A DNA stretch of 64,000 bases from Candidatus Rokuibacteriota bacterium. Lineage in GTDB: Bacteria > Methylomirabilota > Methylomirabilia > Rokubacteriales > CSP1-6. The notes beneath the pieces are model-generated. The model was not told the DNA's origin. It was given only the letters and a program-made list of their open reading frames with translations, and searched no databases. The stretch is from NCBI GenBank assembly GCA_023249095.1, contig JAHFDK010000008.1:9322-73321 (forward strand), read 5' to 3'. How positions within the stretch are numbered: the first letter of the stretch is position 1; every line of letters begins with the position of its first letter. Below, in pieces: positions 56,853-64,000 of the stretch. The position numbers and the translations under genes were made by a program.

Positions 56853-57293
56853 CTACTGAGTCGCGATGAGGAGGGCCTTGGCGATGAGGCCCACGAACTC
56901 CCACGCCGGCTGCATCCACAGGTCGCGCAGGAGCCATACCGTGATGGCGACTCCGAGGTACGCCACGGCCAAGAAGATCCCCTGCGGCAGGTCACGAAAA
57001 GGAATGATCATGCGGAGGATGCCGGCCCCGATCGCCCCGAGGAACGCGACGACCCCGCCGGCAGCAGCCAGCGCCAGCGGTGTCAGCAGAAAGAACATGA
57101 ACGAGGTGACGATCGCCTCGCCCCGACCGATGGGGGTCGCGAACCGCTCGCGCACCGCCGGCTGATCCGCGAGCTGCTCGAGCGCCTGAGCGACCTTGGC
57201 CCAGCTCACGAAACCGCTGTACGAGAGGAGGAAGAGAAAGCAGATCGCCAGGACGACCCAGTGGCGCTTCTTGAGCAGGTTGAGCGGCCACAT
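56853..57293 (-). CDS. Hypothetical membrane protein
   Basis: Several hydrophobic helices; fills the gap co-directionally. Confidence 0.7.
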   Translation of the reverse strand: MWPLNLLKKRHWVVLAICFLFLLSYSGFVSWAKVAQALEQLADQPAVRERFATPIGRGEAIVTSFMFFLLTPLALAAAGGVVAFLGAIGAGILRMIIPFRDLPQGIFLAVAYLGVAITVWLLRDLWMQPAWEFVGLIAKALLIATQ

Positions 57294-57310
57294 GGCTATA
57301 CCCTAGGCGC

Positions 57311-58645
57311 TCACCGCTCCGAGCGCCAGCGTCTCCACTCGGCGAGGCGGCGCCCCAGCTCGGCCTCGAGCCCACGGTCGGTCGGGCGATAGTACTGGCG
57401 CCCGCGGAGCGACTCGGGCAAGTCCTCCTGATCGACTCGCGCGCTTGGGGCGTCGTGGGCGTACTGATATCCCGCGCCGTAGCCCAGATCCTTCATGAGG
57501 CGCGTTGGAGCGTTGCGGATGTGCAGCGGCACAGGCTCCGCCGGCCGCTGGCTCACGTCCTCCTTCGCCTCGTTGTAGGCGGCATACACGGCGTTGGACT
57601 TCGGCGCGAGCGCCAGGTAGAGCGTCGCCTGGGCCAGGGCCAACTCCCCTTCGGGATCCCCGAGGAAGTCGTATGCCTCCTTCGCCGCGAGCGTGAGCGA
57701 GAGCGCGCCGGGGTCGGCGTTACCGACATCCTCGGAGGCGAAGCGCACCAGGCGGCGGGCGATGTAGAGCCGGTCCTCGCCGGCATCGAGCATGCGTGTG
57801 AGCCAGTAGAGCGCCGCGTCGGGATCCGAGTCGCGCAGCGACTTGTGGAGCGCCGAGATCAGGTTGTAGTGCTCCTCGCCGGACTTGTCGTAAAGGAGCG
57901 TCCGCCGCTGCGCCGCCTCCCGGATCGAAGCCTCGGTGACGCGCCGCCGGCCACCCGCGACGGGCGCCAGCAGCACGGCCAGCTCGAGTACGTTCAGCGC
58001 GACCCGCGCGTCACCGTTCGCCACGCCCGCGATCGAGCGAAGCGCCTCGGCGGTCACCTCGGGGTGGAGCTGGGCTAGGCCGCGCTCGCCGTCCGCGAGC
58101 GCCCGCCGCATGATCGCGAGCAAATCGTCCTCCTCGAGTCCGCGAAGGACATAGACCCGGCAGCGCGAAAGCAGCGCGGAATTCACCTCGAAGGACGGGT
58201 TCTCGGTCGTGGCGCCGACAAGGACGACCGTGCCTTTCTCAACGTGGGGGAGAAAGGCGTCCTGCTGGGCGCGGTTGAACCGGTGGATCTCGTCGACGAA
58301 GACGATGGTGCGCATCCCCTGGCGGGCGCGCTGGCGCTCCGCCTCGCCGATCACCTCGCGGATCTCCTTGACTCCCGACAGGACCGCCGAGAAGGCGACG
58401 AAGCGGGCTCCCGTCACGTGCGCCATCAACGACGCGAGTGTCGTCTTGCCGGAGCCCGGGGGACCCCAGAGAATCATCGAGTGCAGCTCGCCCGTCTCGA
58501 TCGCGGCTCGCAGCACCCGGCCGGTCCCCAGCAGATGCTCCTGCCCTACGATCTCGTCGAGCGAGCGCGGTCGCACCCGGTCGGCCAAGGGCGCCGGCGT
58601 CCGCGGGGCAGCCGCGGCTCGCTCGGGCTCTCCGAAGAGCTCCAC
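57311..58645 (-). CDS. rarA: Replication-associated recombination protein A (RarA/MgsA)
   Basis: [49 protein letters not shown]. Confidence 0.96.
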   Translation of the reverse strand: MELFGEPERAAAAPRTPAPLADRVRPRSLDEIVGQEHLLGTGRVLRAAIETGELHSMILWGPPGSGKTTLASLMAHVTGARFVAFSAVLSGVKEIREVIGEAERQRARQGMRTIVFVDEIHRFNRAQQDAFLPHVEKGTVVLVGATTENPSFEVNSALLSRCRVYVLRGLEEDDLLAIMRRALADGERGLAQLHPEVTAEALRSIAGVANGDARVALNVLELAVLLAPVAGGRRRVTEASIREAAQRRTLLYDKSGEEHYNLISALHKSLRDSDPDAALYWLTRMLDAGEDRLYIARRLVRFASEDVGNADPGALSLTLAAKEAYDFLGDPEGELALAQATLYLALAPKSNAVYAAYNEAKEDVSQRPAEPVPLHIRNAPTRLMKDLGYGAGYQYAHDAPSARVDQEDLPESLRGRQYYRPTDRGLEAELGRRLAEWRRWRSER

Positions 58646-58646
58646 G

Positions 58647-59354
58647 CTAGGGCCGCCCGTTGCCTCGGGCCTCGAGCCAGGCGGGGAGGAGCGCCAGATC
58701 CGCGAGTAGCGCGATCGGCGTCACCTTCCAGCGGTCGAGATCTGCCTGCCGGGCGCGGTAGGCGATGAACGGAACGCCCGCCGCGGCCGCGGCCACACCG
58801 TCGACCCACGAGTCGCCGACGACGACCGCCGGGGTGCCTCCGGCGAGGCGACCGCTGAAATGTGGGGCAGTGGGAGCTGAGCCGGTGCCCCCGGCGAGGC
58901 GACCTCTGAAATGTTCTGAAATCACGCGCCACCCGTCAGGGTCCGGCTTGAGCGCGCGCATGTCGTCGCGCGTGACGACCAGGTCGAGGTCACCGGCCAG
59001 GCCGAGGCGCTCGAGCGCGGGTAGGGTGAGTGCCCGCGCGTTGTTCGTCCAGAGCGCCGTCGCGAACCCGGCGCGGCGCGCACCCTCGAGCGCCGCGAGC
59101 GCGCCCGACTCGAGCGTGGCCGCCTCCATCGCGCGCCGCTCGTGGTCGAGTGCCAGGTCCCATGCAGCGGACTCCAGCGCCGGCGCCTGCGACCGGCAGT
59201 ACGCGATCAGCTCGCCCACGCGATAGCGCTCGTGCCGGGCCGGGAGGGGGCCGCTCGCCGCCTCGATGAGCGCCCGCATGTCCACAGCCATGGCCGTGAG
59301 ATCGAGGGGTGTCTGGATGAGAGTGTGGTCGAGGTCGAACACGCACACAGCCAC
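58647..59354 (-). CDS. HAD-superfamily hydrolase
   Basis: [26 protein letters not shown] 59354. Confidence 0.88.
   Translation of the reverse strand: MAVCVFDLDHTLIQTPLDLTAMAVDMRALIEAASGPLPARHERYRVGELIAYCRSQAPALESAAWDLALDHERRAMEAATLESGALAALEGARRAGFATALWTNNARALTLPALERLGLAGDLDLVVTRDDMRALKPDPDGWRVISEHFRGRLAGGTGSAPTAPHFSGRLAGGTPAVVVGDSWVDGVAAAAAGVPFIAYRARQADLDRWKVTPIALLADLALLPAWLEARGNGRP
58833..58914. repeat. 31-bp direct repeat with a 51-bp period, in frame within the HAD gene
   Basis: Encodes [20 protein letters not shown]. Confidence 0.85.
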
Positions 59355-59395
59355 GCTGAGACCGTACCACAAGCGTGCTACCATGAGTTGTCATC

Positions 59396-60769
59396 ATGAC
59401 GCGCACGCTGCTTTCCGTGTTGGCGTTGGCGTCGCTCCTGCTAGTCGCCCTCTCCACGCCGTTCGCGCTCGCGCTCGATGAAGCCGAACGGCTCTGGCTC
59501 GTCGGCGAGCAGGCCTCCGCGGACGGGCTTCACCCGCTCGCCCGCCGGGTCCTCGAGCGCTTCATCGCCGAATACCCGAACGACCCGCGGCTGCCATCGG
59601 CCGTGCTGCTCGTGGGGCGGGCGCGGCTCGCGCTGGGCGACGCGGAGCTGGCGCTCGAGGCCTTCCGCCGCTTTCGTACGCTGGCGCCGCCCGCTCGGCG
59701 GCTCGAGGGACGCTTCTGGGAAGCCGAGGCGCTCTACCGCGTCAAGCGCTTTGCCGAAGCTCGCGCGGCCTATGACGACGTGATGCGACAGGATGCGGCC
59801 TCGCCGCTGGCGCCCGACGCTGCCTACGGTCTCGCCCTGAGCGAGCTCGAGCTGCGCAGGCCGGAGGCCGCGGCCAAGGCCTTGCGTGACCTCGTCACGA
59901 CCTGGCCCGAACACCCGCAGGCGCCGTCCGCGAACTTCTATCTCGCGGAAACACTCTTCGAGCTCAAGCGCTATGCCGACGCCCTGCCACTGCTCACGGG
60001 TTTCGCGACGAAGTATCCGAAACACCGGCTTGTTCCTGACGCACAGTACCTGCTCGGCTCGACACGCCTGGCCATGGGCGACCGGGAGGTGGGCGTCAAC
60101 GACCTCAAAGCGTTCGTCGCGGCGTATCCGTCACATCGGTTGGCACCGGCCGCTCGTCAGACGGTCACCGCGACACTCGCCAAGTACGGAAACCGGACCC
60201 AGCAGCAGGGCGCCTACGCGCAGCTGATGCAGCAGTCACCACCGAGCCCCGAGGCGTTCTACGATGCCGGATTGATCGCGGGCCGGACCGGGCAGCTCCA
60301 GAACCAGGAGACCGCATGGCGGCGACTCCGCAAGGAGTTCCCGAGCCACCCGCTGGCCCACCAGGCCGCTCTCGAGCTGGCCCGCGCGGCGTTCAAGCGG
60401 AAGAGCTGGCAGGATGCCGCGGCCCAGGCGAAGGCGGCCACCGCGAGCAACGATGATGCGGTCCGTGCCGAGGCGCTCCTGCTGGAGGGCGAGTCGGAGC
60501 TGAAGCTCAACCGCCCCCGGGACGCGGCGAAGTCGTTCGAAGCCGTCGGCGCCGTGAAGAACCTCGAAGCCGGTGACCGCTATCGGGCGCTCGCCGGCCT
60601 CGGCCTCGCGCGCGAGCAGCTTGGAGAGCTGCGCGCCGCGCTCACGGCGTACGAGTCCGTCGCCAGCAAGAGCCCCGACGTGACACTGCGGGACTGGGCG
60701 CGCGACCGGGCGGCGGCGGTCAAGGCCCGGCTCAGCAAGTCGTCCACGAGCGGCGAGAAGCGCTCGTGA
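59396..60769 (+). CDS. Exported TPR protein (BamD/CpoB-like repeats)
   Basis: Signal peptide; recurring YP/WP-x3-A-x2-A TPR units. Confidence 0.8.
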   Translation: MTRTLLSVLALASLLLVALSTPFALALDEAERLWLVGEQASADGLHPLARRVLERFIAEYPNDPRLPSAVLLVGRARLALGDAELALEAFRRFRTLAPPARRLEGRFWEAEALYRVKRFAEARAAYDDVMRQDAASPLAPDAAYGLALSELELRRPEAAAKALRDLVTTWPEHPQAPSANFYLAETLFELKRYADALPLLTGFATKYPKHRLVPDAQYLLGSTRLAMGDREVGVNDLKAFVAAYPSHRLAPAARQTVTATLAKYGNRTQQQGAYAQLMQQSPPSPEAFYDAGLIAGRTGQLQNQETAWRRLRKEFPSHPLAHQAALELARAAFKRKSWQDAAAQAKAATASNDDAVRAEALLLEGESELKLNRPRDAAKSFEAVGAVKNLEAGDRYRALAGLGLAREQLGELRAALTAYESVASKSPDVTLRDWARDRAAAVKARLSKSSTSGEKRS

Positions 60770-63747
60770 CGCCACGCCGGCTCGCGCTCGTCCTGCTCGC
60801 CGCGCTCGTCGGGCTGCCGGGCCCGGCGCCGGCGGCGACCGTGCTACCGCTGGTTCCGCCGCCGCCGGATCTGACCGTGCTCGTGCCCTTCGCCGAGGCA
60901 CCGATCGAGAAACCGCCGGTCGCCGCCGCGGACTTGCCGCTGCCGCCTTCACCCTCGGAGCTCCCGACGATGCCGCTGGCGCCCATCGTGGCGCCGACGG
61001 CTGACAAGCTGACTGCCGCCCTCGGTCCGCCGGGCACCCTCGCATGCGTCGGTGCGGCGCTCGGTATCGTGTCGAAAGCCCTCGAGTGCGGGCGGGCGCA
61101 CTACGCCAAGGGCGAGTACTACGACGCGGCCCAGGATCTCGAAGCGGCGGTCCGCCGCGGCTCGGATCGCGACTTCGTGGCGGAAGCGCGGTACTGGCTC
61201 GCCGAGACCTACTATCGGCTCGACCGCTTCCAGCAGGCGGACGCGCTCTTCCGTCAGGTCGCCGGTGGCCCGAGGACCTCGGAGTTCGCAGTCTGGAGCC
61301 TGCATTCGAGCGGCTGGACCGCGCTCCGGCTCAACCAGATGGCCCGGGCGCGCGACACCTTCACCCAGTTCCAGACGGCGACGCCGTCCGTGCTGGAGGC
61401 CTGGGCGCGGCACGGCCTCGGGCTCGCCAACTACGCGCTCGGTCGGCACGACGAGGCGGTGGCGGCATGGACAGCGCTCGCGTCTCACGGCGCTCCGGCC
61501 TCGCTCGCGCGCGACGTTTCGTTCTGGCTCGGCGAGGCGCTCGGGCGCGCCGGCCAGTACGAGCGATCGGTTCGCGAGCTCACCCTGTTCGTCCGGGGGG
61601 GGCCGCACCCGCTGCTGGAGGCGGGTTGGGCGCGGCTCGGTTGGTGGAACCTGGCGGCCGAGCGCTATCTTGATAGCGCGGCCGCTTTTCGTGCGTACCT
61701 GGCGTCGACGAGGAGTGGGGGCCCCGAACGCCAGTGGGTCGAGGCGGGGCTCGCGCTCGCGCTGTTCCCCTCCGATCCGGACGGCGCGAAGAACATGGTC
61801 CGCGGGCTGGAGGCGCGTCGCTCGCCGCTGGTCGTGCCGCTCCAGATCCGCCTCGCGCGTGTCCTGATCGATGCGAAAAAGCCAGCGGAGGTACCGGCGC
61901 TCGTCCAGGAGTTGCTGGGCGCGACGCTCACGACCGGTGTGCGCGCGCATGCCATCCTGTTGAAGGGGGAGGCGTACCGGCTCGGCGGGAACCGGGATGA
62001 CGCGCGCACACAGTACGAGCTGGCGCAGAAAATGGATCCCGCGAGCGCGACGGGCTGGTACGCGGCGTACCGGCTGGCCCAGGCCAACTTCGAGCTGCGC
62101 GAGTTCGCCCAGGCCGCTCGCGACCTTCCCGGCGTCGTCTCTGCCGCGACCTCGACCGACGCGCGCGTCGCTGGGCTGTTGCTGCGGGCCGAGGCCGCGT
62201 ATCACGCGGGCGAGCACCTGACGGCCGCGGCCGCCTTCCGCCGCGTCCTCGTCGAATTTCCGACCCACGCCCAGGCGCCCGCCGCGCGGCTCGGGCTCGC
62301 GTGGTCACTGCTGCGTCACGACCGCCTCGAGGACGCGCGCCGGGAGTTCCTGGAGTTCGCGCAGGCGCTCCCCGGCGATCCAAGCGCGCCTGATGCGCTC
62401 GAGCTCGCCTCGGAGCTGGCGCTGCGCAGCGACGCCGACCGCGAGGAGGCGCGACAGCTCCTCGAGCGCGTCATTTCGAGCTTCCCCCGAGCGCCGCGAA
62501 CGGAGTTCGCCCGGCTCAATCGCGCGATGCTCATGGTGCGCACCGGGGACGTGGGCGCCGCGCAGCCCGCGCTCCGCGACTGGATCCGGCGCGCGCCGTT
62601 CCCGCCGCTCCTCGGTCGGGCCCAGTCCGCGCTCGGCGCGGCCCTCCTCGCCGCCGGGCGTCCGGGCGAGGCGGCCAGCGCGTTCACGCAGGCGCAGCGT
62701 GAGGGGGTCGGGCCCCTCGCCACGCTCGGCCTCGGTGCCGCCGCGCTCGCCCAGGGGCAGTTGGAGTTCGCGACGAGCAAGCTCACCGAGGCCCGCGACG
62801 CCGGCACGGCGGAGGTCGCGGCTGTCGCCGCATACGGGCTGGCGGTGGTCGCCTTCCAGCGAGGCGGGGTGAAGGAATTCAAACAGCCGGCGCTCGCGGC
62901 GCTCGGACTCGCGCCGAAGGGACTCGCGGCGCCGCGGCTGCTCTACGTCCTGACCGGGATCGCCGTCGAGGAGAAGGATTGGCCTGGCGCGCTCTCGACG
63001 GCCAAGCGGCTCGCCGAGGAGTTCCCATCCGACGAGACGGCGGACGACGCGTTGGAGCGTGTCGGCGCCGGCGCCGCGGCGGTGTCGGCGTGGCCCGTCG
63101 TGACCGAGGCGTACACGCTGCTGGAGAGACGTTATCCGAAGAGCCCGTTTCTCGATCCCGCCCGGGTCACGTTGGCCGAGGCGCAGGTGGAGACGGGCCG
63201 GCCCGAGGCGGCTCGCCCGGCCCTCGAGCAGTTCGTGGCGACCTCGCCGAACGACCCGCGCGCACCCCGCGCCTGGGCCGCGCTGGCGCGGGCCCGTGAG
63301 GTGACCGGCGACCGCGCCGGCGCGCTCGACGCCTACGCGCGTGGCGTGAAGGACGGGGGTGCCACCGACCTTCGCCCCGAGGCGGCGTTCGGTTACGCGC
63401 GGCTGCTCACGCAGGAAAAGCGCTGGGGCGCGGCGCGCGGCGTGCTCGAGCGGCTGGTGCGGACCGACGACAAGGCCGTGGTCGCGGCCGCCGCCGGCGG
63501 GATCGGCGAGACCTACCAGGGGGAGGGCGACCATCTCGCCGCCGCCGAGTACTTCATGACGGCGGCGTACGTCCTGCCCGACTCGCCGGCCGGTCGTCGC
63601 GGTCTGCTCGGTGCCGGTGCGAGCTTCGCGGCGCTGAAGCAGAACGACGCGGCGGAGGTGGTGTACAGGAAGCTCCTGGCGCAGACGGGCGTCCCGGCTG
63701 AGCTGGCCGACACGGCCCGCAAGGGACTGAAGGACATCGGGCGTTGA
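60766..63747 (+). CDS. Large exported TPR protein with a Pro-rich N-terminal linker
   Basis: Signal peptide; TPR helices throughout; GTGA overlap. Confidence 0.8.
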   Translation: MTPRRLALVLLAALVGLPGPAPAATVLPLVPPPPDLTVLVPFAEAPIEKPPVAAADLPLPPSPSELPTMPLAPIVAPTADKLTAALGPPGTLACVGAALGIVSKALECGRAHYAKGEYYDAAQDLEAAVRRGSDRDFVAEARYWLAETYYRLDRFQQADALFRQVAGGPRTSEFAVWSLHSSGWTALRLNQMARARDTFTQFQTATPSVLEAWARHGLGLANYALGRHDEAVAAWTALASHGAPASLARDVSFWLGEALGRAGQYERSVRELTLFVRGGPHPLLEAGWARLGWWNLAAERYLDSAAAFRAYLASTRSGGPERQWVEAGLALALFPSDPDGAKNMVRGLEARRSPLVVPLQIRLARVLIDAKKPAEVPALVQELLGATLTTGVRAHAILLKGEAYRLGGNRDDARTQYELAQKMDPASATGWYAAYRLAQANFELREFAQAARDLPGVVSAATSTDARVAGLLLRAEAAYHAGEHLTAAAAFRRVLVEFPTHAQAPAARLGLAWSLLRHDRLEDARREFLEFAQALPGDPSAPDALELASELALRSDADREEARQLLERVISSFPRAPRTEFARLNRAMLMVRTGDVGAAQPALRDWIRRAPFPPLLGRAQSALGAALLAAGRPGEAASAFTQAQREGVGPLATLGLGAAALAQGQLEFATSKLTEARDAGTAEVAAVAAYGLAVVAFQRGGVKEFKQPALAALGLAPKGLAAPRLLYVLTGIAVEEKDWPGALSTAKRLAEEFPSDETADDALERVGAGAAAVSAWPVVTEAYTLLERRYPKSPFLDPARVTLAEAQVETGRPEAARPALEQFVATSPNDPRAPRAWAALARAREVTGDRAGALDAYARGVKDGGATDLRPEAAFGYARLLTQEKRWGAARGVLERLVRTDDKAVVAAAAGGIGETYQGEGDHLAAAEYFMTAAYVLPDSPAGRRGLLGAGASFAALKQNDAAEVVYRKLLAQTGVPAELADTARKGLKDIGR

Positions 63748-64000
63748 AGGGTTACGGCGGTCGCGTCCTGCTCGTCGATCTGACGACGGGGACGACGCGC
63801 ACCCAGACGCTCGACGAGGGCACGGCCCGGGGGCTGCTGGGCGGTAACGGCCTCGCCGCGCGCTTGCTCTACGACCGCCTCCCGCCGCGGACCGACCCGT
63901 TCGCGCCCGACAACGCGGTCGTCTTCAGCGTGGGACCCATCACCGACACGACGGTGCCGGGCAACAGCCGTGCCTGCGTCGCCAGCAAGTCGCCCCTGAC
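63744..64000 (+). CDS. Aldehyde ferredoxin oxidoreductase family, N-terminus; truncated by the window edge
   Basis: TTG..KGYGGRVLLVDLT, LGGNGLA, DPFAPDN, GPITDT, SKSPL. Confidence 0.85.
   Translation, partial: MKGYGGRVLLVDLTTGTTRTQTLDEGTARGLLGGNGLAARLLYDRLPPRTDPFAPDNAVVFSVGPITDTTVPGNSRACVASKSPL

Overview
64 kb of very GC-rich bacterial chromosome that is mostly housekeeping. The gene style (ABC substrate-binding paralogues, TAXI, cinA-thpR-recA-pilT-recX-alaS) suggests a Rokubacteria/Methylomirabilota-like organism; this is inference only. Main blocks: (1) sugar dehydrogenase-UbiA-DUF362-gltX-phosphatase-Na/Pi-glnB-glnE-polA-coaE-rsmA-M23 peptidase; (2) rnj-ftsK; (3) an ECF sigma/zinc anti-sigma/DUF4139 module with two matching GGAAC-N18-TCTAA promoters; (4) a transporter-rich patch with two broken genes; (5) lolA-yajQ-rimO-pgpA-cinA-TPR-thpR-recA-pilT-recX-alaS, a two-component pair and an MBL lipoprotein; (6) a divergent polyamine cluster (speB versus speD-speE); (7) maf, an nth-like gene, murG, ddl, rarA, two exported TPR proteins and the start of an AOR. 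I saw no rRNA, tRNA, CRISPR array, transposase or prophage. The most notable unexplained signal is a three-copy family of ~140-160 bp palindromic elements (4673-4829, 46269-46414, 52036-52172). Their arms differ between copies yet each is almost perfectly self-complementary, and they enclose conserved boxes (ACTGCTGCGAT ... CGCTGACTACA) around a variable 37-38 nt core. Other signals: several translationally coupled non-canonical starts (CTG/ATA/GTA), many apparently leaderless genes, a frameshifted octapeptide-repeat tail linking glnE to polA, a duplication-made relay mini-ORF between ddl and murG, and a 51-bp tandem array.
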